The notes under the pieces: model-generated
The model's database searches: none
Seen by the model: only the letters and a program-made list of their open reading frames with translations
Told to the model about the DNA's origin: nothing
Shown here: positions 19,632 through 28,231 of the stretch, piece by piece
Layout of the letters: every line of letters begins with the position of its first letter
Numbering within the stretch: the first letter of the stretch is position 1
NCBI GenBank assembly: GCA_017522905.1
Contig: JAFWXY010000065.1
Coordinates: 1 to 37,272 of the forward strand
Direction of reading: 5' to 3'
DNA from: Clostridia bacterium
GTDB lineage: Bacteria; Bacillota; Clostridia; Oscillospirales; CAG-272
DNA: 37,272 bases
Program-made: the position numbers and the translations under genes

Positions 19632-21287
19632 TTATTTCTTAGGGAAGCTATCCTTAAGACCGACTACGCGGTTAAAGGTGCCCTCGTTCTTGGAATCCTT
19701 GCAGAAATATCCAACGCGAACGAACTGGAACTTCTCGCCCGCCTTGGCGTATTCAAGGGAAGGCTCGACCATAGCGCCGTCAAGCCTTGTAAGCGAGTCG
19801 GGATTGAGAAAGTCGAGGTAGGTCTGACCCTCGGGAACCATCGCGGTGTTCTCAATATTAAAGAGTCTGTCGTAGAGCATAAGCGTTGCGGGCTTTGCAT
19901 ACTTTGCAGAGAGCCAGTGGATCGTGCCCTTGATCTTTCTGCCGTCCGTGGGCATACCGTTGCCTGTTTCAAGGTCTGCAGTCGCGTGGATGCACTTGAT
20001 AGAGCCGTCAGAGTTCTTTTCAATACCCGCATACTTGATGATGTATCCACCCATAAGTCTAACCTCTCCGTCGGGCTTGAGGCGGAAGAACTTCGGAGGG
20101 GGAACCTCGGCAAAGTCGTCTGCATCGATGTATATCTCGCGTGTCATTGGAACGTCACGTCTGCCAAGCTCCTCCTTCTGGGGGTGATTGGGAACGCTGA
20201 TCATTTCTTCCTTGTCCTCGGGATAGTTATCAATAACCACCTTGATGGGCTGAGCGATAGCGATACGGCGGAGAGCGTTCTCGTTGAGATCGTCTCTTAC
20301 GCAAGCCTCGAGCTGGCGAACGTCAACTGTGTGATCGGTGTTAGTAACTCCTGCCTCGCGAACGAAGTTAAAGAGCGCTGCGGGGGTATATCCGCGGCGG
20401 CGGAGACCGCAAAGAGTGGGAAGACGGGGGTCATCCCAGCCGTCAACGTGATTTTCCTCAACGAGCTGACGGAGATAGCGCTTGGACATGACGGTGTAAG
20501 TAATGTTCATTCGACCAAACTCCCACTGGTGGGGCTTCTGCGCAAAGCCTATCTTGTCAACTACCCAGTCGTAAAGAGGGCGGTGGTTTCTGAACTCACT
20601 TGAGCAAAGCGAGTGTGTGATCCCCTCAAGCGCGTCCTGAATAGGATGAGCAAAGTCGTACATGGGATATACACACCACTCGTCACCCTGACGGTGATGG
20701 TGAATATGCTTTATTCTGTAAATAACGGGATCGCGGAGATAAGGGTTATCATTTGAGGGGTCTATCTTAGCGCGGAGAGTGCGCGCGCCGTCTGCAAACT
20801 CGCCATTTCTCATTCTCTCAAAGAGGTCGAGGTTTTCCTCTATGCTTCTGTTGCGATAAGGAGATTCCTTACCTGCAACCGCGCGGTCTGTACCCTTGTA
20901 ATCGGCAAGATCATCCTTAGAGAGGTCGCAAACGTAAGCGTCGCCCTGCTTTATCAGCTGAACCGCGAACTCGTAGCACTTGCCAAAGTAGTCGGAGCCG
21001 TAGAATATGCCGCCTGTGGGAGTTGCGCCGAGCCACTCAAGGTCCTCGCGAATAGATCGCACGAACTCGTCGGACTCCTTTGCGGGGTTGGTGTCGTCGT
21101 AACGGAGATTGAAAAGTCCCTCGTACTTATTTGCGACGTCTGTGTTGATGCAGATCGCCTTAACAGAGCCGATATGGAGATATCCGTTGGGCTCGGGAGG
21201 GAAGCGTGTGTGTATCTTAAGACCGGGGTTCGACGTAAGATCCGCATCTATAATGTCATGTATAAAATTATTCTTGATCTCTTCCAT
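19632..21287 (-). CDS. glnS: Glutamine-tRNA ligase
   Basis: TRFPPEPNGYLHIG, YPMYDFAH, VMSKR, GWDDPR, FQFVRVGYF. Confidence 0.95.
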   Translation of the reverse strand: MEEIKNNFIHDIIDADLTSNPGLKIHTRFPPEPNGYLHIGSVKAICINTDVANKYEGLFNLRYDDTNPAKESDEFVRSIREDLEWLGATPTGGIFYGSDYFGKCYEFAVQLIKQGDAYVCDLSKDDLADYKGTDRAVAGKESPYRNRSIEENLDLFERMRNGEFADGARTLRAKIDPSNDNPYLRDPVIYRIKHIHHHRQGDEWCVYPMYDFAHPIQDALEGITHSLCSSEFRNHRPLYDWVVDKIGFAQKPHQWEFGRMNITYTVMSKRYLRQLVEENHVDGWDDPRLPTLCGLRRRGYTPAALFNFVREAGVTNTDHTVDVRQLEACVRDDLNENALRRIAIAQPIKVVIDNYPEDKEEMISVPNHPQKEELGRRDVPMTREIYIDADDFAEVPPPKFFRLKPDGEVRLMGGYIIKYAGIEKNSDGSIKCIHATADLETGNGMPTDGRKIKGTIHWLSAKYAKPATLMLYDRLFNIENTAMVPEGQTYLDFLNPDSLTRLDGAMVEPSLEYAKAGEKFQFVRVGYFCKDSKNEGTFNRVVGLKDSFPKK

Positions 21288-21327
21288 TTTATTGCCTTTC
21301 TGTTATGAAGCTTCAAAAACCCAATGA

Positions 21328-23016
21328 TTATTTCAAGCTTGCAATCATATTGCCGATGCGCTCAAGTGTTTTTTCTTTACCGATTATCTGCATAACGGTG
21401 TAGAGGTCGGGGGCATTCTGCTTGCCTGTAACCGCAACACGTATGAACATGCTGATATCTGCCACGCTACCCTTGAAGGCTGTGGGATCAGCCTTGTACG
21501 CCTTCATATCGGATGCAAATCCGAGGGAGTCGGCAATTGCCTTTACCTTGTCAAACCAGGTGTTCATATCGTCTGAATAATCGTAGCACTCGCTGAATTT
21601 TTCAAGTGTTGCAACTATGTCAGCTCTGTCAAAGCTCTCGGGATATTCGTTTTCAACTTTAAAGAACTTGTCGTAGAAGAATCCCATATAGGGCTTAGCA
21701 TCTACCCAGGTTGCAAGGTCCTTGCGGGGCTTCTTGCCGCCGCGGCCGATTGCAAAAATCTTCTCTGCAAAAGCGCGATCGGAAGCAAGCTCTGCACCAA
21801 ACTCAGGGTCAAATTCAAGCGCCCAAGCGGTCACCTTGTCTGTAACCTCGCTTGCTGTCATTCTGGATATAACGTTCTTTGAAACGTCGTTTATCTTGCT
21901 GAAATCGAAGAGACAGCCGGATACCGACATCTTCTTTATATTGAAGGGGAACTCAGTGTATGCCTTGTCGGGGTTTTGCATGTGCCACTCCTCGTAGTTT
22001 GAGTTGAGAAGTGTCATAATGTACTCGCAAACTGCCTCGGGGCAGTAGCCCATACGGGTGTAGTCGTCCATGTTTGCGCCCATATCGCGCTTTGAGAGCT
22101 TCTTTTTGTTACCGTTCTCGTCAAGCTTCATGATCTGCGCGATGTGCATGTATTTGGGAAGCTTGAAGCCGAGGGCGGAAAAGAGCTGAATGTGCTTAGG
22201 CAAGCTGGGGAGCCATTCCTCGCCGCGAATAACGTGTGTAGTGCCCATAAGATGGTCGTCTACTGCGTGGGCAAAGTGGTAGGTGGGAATACCGTCAGAC
22301 TTGAGAAGAACAAAGTCCTCGTCATTTTCGGGGATCTCAAGAGTACCCTTTACAAGGTCGGTGAATTTTATCTTTTTTTCTGCATCACCGAGGGCGAGAA
22401 TACGAAGCACGAAGGGGTGAGACGCCTTGATATGCTCCTCGACCTCTTCAATTGTGAAGCTGCGGCGAGCGAGCATTTCTTGGCGCTTTGCCTCGGCCTC
22501 TGCCTGCCAGTCTGTATTTTTGATCTCTTCTTTTTTATTTATTGCCTGCAATTCGTCAAGCTCTTCCTCTGTTGTAAAGCAGGGATAAGCCTTGCCCTCG
22601 CGTACAAGCTGCTTTGCAAATGTCTGGTAAATAGGACCGCGCTGACTCTGCTTGTAGGGACCGTATGCGCCCTTGTCGGAGATGTTTCCGTTCTCGTCGA
22701 GTATTGCACCCTCGTCAAAATTGATGCCGTACTTTGCAAGAGTTTTGATAAGTCCTTCAGCAGCTCCCGCAACCTCGCGCTTGGCGTCTGTGTCCTCGAT
22801 TCTAAGGTAGAAAACGCCGCCCGACTGATGAGCAAGTCTCTCGCCTACGGTTGAGGGGAAGAGACCGCCAAAATGAACGAATCCTGTGGGGCTGGGTGCA
22901 AATCTTGTAACCTTAGCGCCCTCGGGAAGATTGCGCGCGGGGTATTTTGCCTCTATGTCGGCAGGAGTCTCCTTTATGTGAGGAAAGAGTAATTCTGCTA
23001 AATAATTGTAATCCAT
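21328..23016 (-). CDS. gltX: Glutamate-tRNA ligase (long clostridial form)
   Basis: TRFAPSPTG, LRIEDTD, PTYHFAH, RGEEW, KLSKR. Confidence 0.93.
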   Translation of the reverse strand: MDYNYLAELLFPHIKETPADIEAKYPARNLPEGAKVTRFAPSPTGFVHFGGLFPSTVGERLAHQSGGVFYLRIEDTDAKREVAGAAEGLIKTLAKYGINFDEGAILDENGNISDKGAYGPYKQSQRGPIYQTFAKQLVREGKAYPCFTTEEELDELQAINKKEEIKNTDWQAEAEAKRQEMLARRSFTIEEVEEHIKASHPFVLRILALGDAEKKIKFTDLVKGTLEIPENDEDFVLLKSDGIPTYHFAHAVDDHLMGTTHVIRGEEWLPSLPKHIQLFSALGFKLPKYMHIAQIMKLDENGNKKKLSKRDMGANMDDYTRMGYCPEAVCEYIMTLLNSNYEEWHMQNPDKAYTEFPFNIKKMSVSGCLFDFSKINDVSKNVISRMTASEVTDKVTAWALEFDPEFGAELASDRAFAEKIFAIGRGGKKPRKDLATWVDAKPYMGFFYDKFFKVENEYPESFDRADIVATLEKFSECYDYSDDMNTWFDKVKAIADSLGFASDMKAYKADPTAFKGSVADISMFIRVAVTGKQNAPDLYTVMQIIGKEKTLERIGNMIASLK

Positions 23017-23046
23017 ATATATGCTTCCTTTCAGAGTTTAAACAAT

Positions 23047-23667
23047 TTAAAGTACGGCTTCAAGCGCGCGTCCGAGTGTCGTGCTTTTTCCGTGACCGGG
23101 GTAGATTTTAAGTGACGGTTCGAGCTCCTTGAGCCTGCCAATCGAGGCATAGAGCTTCATCTCGTCTCCGCCGTAAAGGTCGGAACGTCCTACACCCCTG
23201 TCGAAAAGCGTGTCACCCGTCAGGATAAATCCGTCGCCCAGAAGTCCGATCGAGCCCTCGGTGTGTCCGGGGAGATGAATGACCTTTAGCTTTTCGTTGC
23301 CAAGTGTCAGTATATCTCCGTCATGGAGTAGCCCGTCGGCATTATGTGCCTCAAGCCTGCCCGAAAAAAACAAGGAGTAGGCGTTCTTGTGGCTATCGCC
23401 AAGCAGCTCGGCATCTTCGGTGTGAACGTATATCGGTGCTCCTGTTCGTTCTCTTAGGTCGTCCAGCGACATTATGTGATCAAAATGCCCGTGGGTCAGA
23501 AATATCATGTCAAGGCGAGCACCTTGTGAATCCAAAAATTCGCAGATCTTGTCTGCAGGTGAGCTTGGGTCAATAATGGCGGCGTGGTTAATGCCGTCTT
23601 CGCCGCGACTGATTATCGCGTAGCAATTTGAGAGCCAAGAGCCGTAATAAAGATTGTGTACTGTCAT
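23047..23667 (-). CDS. MBL-fold metallo-hydrolase (glyoxalase II-like)
   Basis: THGHFDH, PGHT, GDTLF, PGHG. Confidence 0.92.
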   Translation of the reverse strand: MTVHNLYYGSWLSNCYAIISRGEDGINHAAIIDPSSPADKICEFLDSQGARLDMIFLTHGHFDHIMSLDDLRERTGAPIYVHTEDAELLGDSHKNAYSLFFSGRLEAHNADGLLHDGDILTLGNEKLKVIHLPGHTEGSIGLLGDGFILTGDTLFDRGVGRSDLYGGDEMKLYASIGRLKELEPSLKIYPGHGKSTTLGRALEAVL

Positions 23668-23748
23668 TTTTTCTTATTCCGCCGTAAAAAGTATGGGGAT
23701 GAGTTGCCTTATGCTATACGTCGCCGTGCGACATATAAATCCATTTTA

Positions 23749-23777
23749 ATTATACCACTAATTTGCATATTTGTCTA
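23749..23777 (-). promoter_or_regulatory. Sigma-A promoter of MBL-gltX-glnS
   Basis: TAGACA-17 bp-TATAAT with TG extension. Confidence 0.7.
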
Positions 23778-23805
23778 CATTTATTATATAAAAAAAGCAA
23801 ATTTT

Positions 23806-23841
23806 AAAAAAATATTGCCCCGACCTTGCGTCGGGGCAATA
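23806..23841 (-). terminator. Intrinsic terminator after the SBP gene
   Basis: TATTGCCCCGAC/GTCGGGGCAATA stem followed by a T run on - strand. Confidence 0.85.
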
Positions 23842-23861
23842 GACATATTATGTTTTAGAAA

Positions 23862-26078
23862 TCAGTTTGCCGACGTCTCGGCTTCTGTTGCTGCATCCTT
23901 AGCGGGCTTTGCGGGGATGAACTCATAGCCCTCTGTTCCGTACTTACCCTTGAAGAGGTAGAAGTAGTTGGAGTTGGTGTGGGCGAATGAGGCAAAGCTG
24001 GCTTCTCCGAAGGAGAGTGCAAAATAGGATGTGGGATTTGCCTGCCACTTTTCAAAGTTGTCAGCTACGTACTTTGCGCATGCAAGCTCATAGTCCTCGT
24101 AGTTGTTGATGGATGCTTTGTCAAAGTTGATGGGAGCGTAGTATTCACTTGCCTTGTCCCAGAACAATATCTTGTTGCCGAGATCAAGAATATCCTCATT
24201 AATAAGGTAAGCAGACTGGTTGAATACTATCGGGATAACGGGCATATCTTCCATAAGCTGAGCTTCAGCCTTGTGGAGGTTTTCGGATCTGTTTTCTATA
24301 GTTTTTTCTGCAAATATCGCCTCTATCAAAGCATCATATTCTGCAGAATTGTAGCCTGTGATGTGTGTGGAGTGCTGAGGCTCATCGGAAGAAGACATAT
24401 CGACTGCCTGACCGGAGAATGTTGTAGCGAAGGGAGCCAATACGGAGAAGGGATCTGCGCTTATTGCGACGAGATCAAGTACTGCTGCCTGATAGTCGAG
24501 GTGTGCCAGATCCTCAGCCCAGAGGTCATCACAAAGGTCTGAGGGAACTCCCGCAACGTCCTTGTGTACGTCGTTATTAGCCACGGTTCCTCTCTTGTTC
24601 AGTGTAACCTTAAAGCCGAGACCTTCCTCACCCCAAGCAGCACAAAGAGCATCTGCAACAGCGCAATGTGCCTCGTCATAAGCTGCGACTGTGATAGAGA
24701 AGGAGTATTCGGAGGGAACTATATCTGCCTCTGCGAGAGTAGCCTTGAGTGCAGCAACTTCCTTCTTTGCAAGATACTCATATGCGGTAGCAGTATCACG
24801 GAAGAGCTTCTTTACGCTATTTGTGTCGTATACGCCGGTAGGAACAAGACCCGTTGCCGCCTCTGCGAATACAAGCTGACCTGCAATTGTCTCACGGTCA
24901 ATTGCCATAGAGAGAACCTGTCTTACAGTCTCGTTTGCGAAGAGTGCAACCGACTCGGTGGAGCCGTCTGCAAGAGTTCTTGTAACGAGTGCCTTCTGGT
25001 TAAGGTAGCATGCGTTTGTTGAAAGGGAGTTGTATGTTTTAGCCTCTGCCTCGACGTCGCTTCTGAGGGACATGGGGATATCGCCTACGTATGTAATGAT
25101 ACCGTCTCTGTAAGCCTGAAGTATCTCTTCATCGGTAAGGCTGCAGTCTACGATTATTCTGTAGGGAACTACCGAAACGTCAAGCTTTTCGCCATCCTCT
25201 GCATTTCTGTAGTAGTAGAGGTTTCTTTCAAGCATGTAGCTGCTTATTTTCTGTTCTGCAAACTTTTTCTCTTCGGTTCCGTCAATGAAAACGGGGTTGC
25301 CGTTCTTGTCAAGTATAATCTTGTTGTTGGCGTCAACCTTTTTGTCGGAATAGTTAACGTCAAGGTACTCAACTGCGCCGTTGGTGTAATAGCCAACCTT
25401 GGTAAGCTTAAAGGGGCCGCTTGCAACCATGATGCTGGGTTTCTTTGCCCAGTCGTCCGCCTGCTTATCGTTGTCCTTCATCTCTCCTACGATATCCTCA
25501 CGAAGAGGAGCGAGAGCCAGACTTGTAAGGTTGAGAATGAACTGATCTACGTCGATCTTACCCTCAAACTCAATGGTGAGCAGCTTCTGGTCTGCGCTGA
25601 TACCCATTGCGTCCTTGCCTTCACCCGTAAGGTTGTACTCGCGTGCTCCCTTGATATCAAAGAGAAGGGCAGCGGCTTCAAAGGAGTTCTTGGGATTGAG
25701 GACTCTTTTCCAAGCATAAACAACGTCATCTGCTGTTACGGGGTTGTTATCCGACCATTTTGCCTCCTCGTTGATCTCTATGTACATAAAGAAGCTTCCG
25801 TCCTTCTCCTCGGTACGGTAGCTCTTTGCAAGAGAGGGAGAGACCTTACCTGTAGAGTCTACGGTAAAGAGTGTGTCGAAAATAAGACTTACGATGCTTG
25901 TCATAGCTGCATTTTTATAAGCGTACGCGGGGTCAAGATTGTAGATGTCCTCGCTGAGATACATCATGATCTGCTCGCCCTTGTAGTCCGAGTCTGCATC
26001 AATGCTTCCTGCGCAACCTGCGAATACCGAAACGGTCATAACAAGACAGAGAAGCAAAGCGATAATGCGCTTTTTCAT
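23862..26078 (-). CDS. ABC transporter family-5 (oligopeptide-type) substrate-binding lipoprotein, 738 aa
   Basis: Start moved to ATG 26078 (AGGAGG SD). Lipobox FAGC, LDPA, AKWSD..PVTADDVVYAWKR, SGPFKL, LSMAIDRE, PVIPI. Confidence 0.88.
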   Translation of the reverse strand: MKKRIIALLLCLVMTVSVFAGCAGSIDADSDYKGEQIMMYLSEDIYNLDPAYAYKNAAMTSIVSLIFDTLFTVDSTGKVSPSLAKSYRTEEKDGSFFMYIEINEEAKWSDNNPVTADDVVYAWKRVLNPKNSFEAAALLFDIKGAREYNLTGEGKDAMGISADQKLLTIEFEGKIDVDQFILNLTSLALAPLREDIVGEMKDNDKQADDWAKKPSIMVASGPFKLTKVGYYTNGAVEYLDVNYSDKKVDANNKIILDKNGNPVFIDGTEEKKFAEQKISSYMLERNLYYYRNAEDGEKLDVSVVPYRIIVDCSLTDEEILQAYRDGIITYVGDIPMSLRSDVEAEAKTYNSLSTNACYLNQKALVTRTLADGSTESVALFANETVRQVLSMAIDRETIAGQLVFAEAATGLVPTGVYDTNSVKKLFRDTATAYEYLAKKEVAALKATLAEADIVPSEYSFSITVAAYDEAHCAVADALCAAWGEEGLGFKVTLNKRGTVANNDVHKDVAGVPSDLCDDLWAEDLAHLDYQAAVLDLVAISADPFSVLAPFATTFSGQAVDMSSSDEPQHSTHITGYNSAEYDALIEAIFAEKTIENRSENLHKAEAQLMEDMPVIPIVFNQSAYLINEDILDLGNKILFWDKASEYYAPINFDKASINNYEDYELACAKYVADNFEKWQANPTSYFALSFGEASFASFAHTNSNYFYLFKGKYGTEGYEFIPAKPAKDAATEAETSAN

Positions 26079-26189
26079 GTTGGGTAATCCTCCTAATTTT
26101 GTGAGTCGTGGGGTGTGTTTTGCGAGAATGAGAGAATATACTCCTCGCGGGTCTGCCGCAAAACGCGACACTACCGTATCATAAGAGAG

Positions 26190-26218
26190 ATTATACCACA
26201 AAATTGAGAAATAATCAA
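26190..26218 (-). promoter_or_regulatory. Sigma-A promoter of the SBP gene
   Basis: TTGATT-17 bp-TATAAT with TG extension. Confidence 0.7.
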
Positions 26219-26395
26219 TAGAGTATATAACATAAAAATATATTCGTGAACTTGCACATACCGTCACGGGCGATTTTGTGCAATCCTCACACAATAATGC
26301 TCAAGAATTTCGTTTGTGAAATGTAAAAACGGAACGACAATGCTCTGCAAGGAGCATAAAAAATTAAGGTGTAAATTTTGTGTGAATTTTGCGCC

Positions 26396-26423
26396 GTGTA
26401 CATATCGAGTGACGGGGAAAAAT
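26396..26423 (+). promoter_or_regulatory. Possible sigma-F-type promoter for the spoIIP-like gene
   Basis: GTGTA-14 bp-GGGAAAAAT resembles the GYWTA/GGnnAnAnT consensus. Weak match. Confidence 0.3.
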
Positions 26424-26484
26424 AAAATGTAGTAGCATAAAGCGATGAGAATGAGACTTTACATCCGTATAGGGAGGATATGAA

Positions 26485-27552
26485 ATGAAAAATGAGGTTT
26501 CCAAAAGAGAAGAAACTCGAGTGCTGTATGAGCCGCCCGAGCCATTATTTCCCGACCTGCCGCCGAAAAGTCCGAGAGTGTTTTGGTTAAGACTTGCGGC
26601 TTTTGCGACCCTTGCCTTGATCATTATTTTTGTGTGGATAACTGCGGTGTCTGCGGGCAACGAGGAAAACGAGACGCAATTTACAGGGACCGAGCCCCAA
26701 AACAAAACCGAGATCACGGAAAGCGAGCGCGAGAGCACGGAGACGGAGGAGCCTGTTGATAAAGAGACTCAAACGGAAACAAACGAAGAGCTGACTGCCG
26801 AGCAAACCGAAAATGAAATCGGGACTGAAACAGACAACACACCGCAAATGGATTTTGTCGAGTCGGACCTGTCACTTGCGGAGAGGGGAGACGCCTACAT
26901 AGTCAACTATACCGAAAAGGCCGTCGGGATCGCGGAGCTTTTGGATCGCGGATTTGTAGACTGTGAGGAGAAAAACAGTCCTTCTCCCATTGTGATGATA
27001 CTTCATACTCACACATCGGAGGCTTATTACAAAAGTGAAAATAAATATCTTGGAGGGGTCATCTCAGTGGGCGATGCTTTGAGCAGAAGGCTCAATGCCT
27101 TGGGGCTGACGGCGATACATTGCACGGTCATTCACGACGACGGAGAGGGAAATGCATACATTGCCGCCGGGGAAACAATAAAAATGATGCTAAAGGTGTA
27201 TCCCTCGATAAAATACGTCATAGACCTGCATCGGATGGAGCTTGAGAGTGACGGAGTGCCGGTCAAAACCGTTTCCACGGAAGGCTTGGCACAGATACGA
27301 CTGACGGTCAGTGCGGACGGGGCTGGATGGCAGGAGAATCTTTCACTTGCGCTTTCTGTCAGGCAGAAGCTAAATGAGAACGGGACGCGTCTTTGTATGC
27401 CTCCGACACTATCGCCAAGCAGATATAACAGCGACTTACCGGAATATTACCTGATGGTTGACGTGGGTGCAACGGGGAACACGGTAAGAGAGGCGACCTT
27501 CGCCGCGGAGAGATTGGCGGAGGCAATATATGACACGGTGATAAAAAGATAA
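26485..27552 (+). CDS. spoIIP: SpoIIP-like amidase-fold protein
   Basis: GGAGG SD. TM anchor, E/T-rich linker, ILHTHTSEAY, YPSIKYVIDLHR, RYN, VG..GNT..EA. Confidence 0.75.
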   Translation: MKNEVSKREETRVLYEPPEPLFPDLPPKSPRVFWLRLAAFATLALIIIFVWITAVSAGNEENETQFTGTEPQNKTEITESERESTETEEPVDKETQTETNEELTAEQTENEIGTETDNTPQMDFVESDLSLAERGDAYIVNYTEKAVGIAELLDRGFVDCEEKNSPSPIVMILHTHTSEAYYKSENKYLGGVISVGDALSRRLNALGLTAIHCTVIHDDGEGNAYIAAGETIKMMLKVYPSIKYVIDLHRMELESDGVPVKTVSTEGLAQIRLTVSADGAGWQENLSLALSVRQKLNENGTRLCMPPTLSPSRYNSDLPEYYLMVDVGATGNTVREATFAAERLAEAIYDTVIKR

Positions 27553-27558
27553 AGAAGG

Positions 27559-27604
27559 TAAAAAAGAAGCACGACCTCAAATGCAGTGAGGTCGTGCAAT
27601 TTTT
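27559..27604. terminator. Bidirectional intrinsic terminator
   Basis: GCACGACCTCA/TGAGGTCGTGC stem with A and T flanks between convergent genes. Confidence 0.8.
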
Positions 27605-27632
27605 ATGGAATGCTCCAAACGGGACGATAGTA

Positions 27633-27950
27633 TTAGCTTTTAGCCATGGGCTTGAAGACACTTTTCAAGGTAACGTATTCAAGAAGGGAGATGACAGCGC
27701 AGAGAGCTATGCCGAAAAACCAGGAAAGCGCGCCGCTCTCTATGCCGCCGATAACTCCGAAGAATGCCACGAAGAGCGCGAAGACAGCGATAGTCTTTTC
27801 AAGCTTGATTGCAGCAGAGCAGGTAACAAGACCGATGACAGCGCAGATAAAGGATATAAGTCCGTCGCCAAGCTGCTTGTCGGCGTACTCTCTTGCTCTT
27901 GTATTTTCATTATATCTTACGTTGCCCAAATTTTCGGAATAAGCGTTCAT
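27633..27950 (-). CDS. Small hypothetical membrane protein (105 aa, 2-3 TM)
   Basis: GGAGGT SD before ATG 27950. Has its own consensus promoter and a downstream terminator. Confidence 0.8.
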   Translation of the reverse strand: MNAYSENLGNVRYNENTRAREYADKQLGDGLISFICAVIGLVTCSAAIKLEKTIAVFALFVAFFGVIGGIESGALSWFFGIALCAVISLLEYVTLKSVFKPMAKS

Positions 27951-28043
27951 ATTTACCTCCGCATATTGCAAGATGAAATCAAATCAATTCTTAACTCGGA
28001 AAAACTTGCCTTGAAATTGCTTGAATTTTCCTTTTGTGATGTT

Positions 28044-28072
28044 ATTATAGCACCAAAAACGGAACTTGTCAA
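28044..28072 (-). promoter_or_regulatory. Consensus sigma-A promoter (leftward)
   Basis: TTGACA-17 bp-TATAAT with TG extension. Confidence 0.88.
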
Positions 28073-28133
28073 CACTTTTTGTGAAAAAATACGAAAAACT
28101 TTTCAAAATACGGAAAAATATTCAGAAAACCCC

Positions 28134-28162
28134 TTTACAAAACGGAAAAATCGTGCTATAAT
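28134..28162 (+). promoter_or_regulatory. Sigma-A promoter of the repressor (rightward)
   Basis: TTTACA-17 bp-TATAAT with TG extension. Confidence 0.85.
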
Positions 28163-28231
28163 AATTCCGTGAAAGGAAAACTGACGCGGAAACGGTTTTC
28201 TTTCGAAAATTATAGGCGAGGTATTTTAAAT

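Larger units (their letters stand above)
27988..28178. repeat. Array of TTCC-N6-GGAA-like putative operators
   Basis: 14-bp sites starting at 27988, 28028, 28051, 28102, 28134 and 28165. Only 28165 is a perfect match. Confidence 0.6.

Noticed and set aside
28117-28131. CodY-box-like AATATTCAGAAAACC
   Set aside because: Three mismatches in a very AT-rich region; not distinguishable from chance.
27594-28172. 192-aa + strand ORF across the small membrane gene and operator region
   Set aside because: It starts inside a terminator and spans two promoters. The - strand ORF has the SD, promoter and TM pattern.
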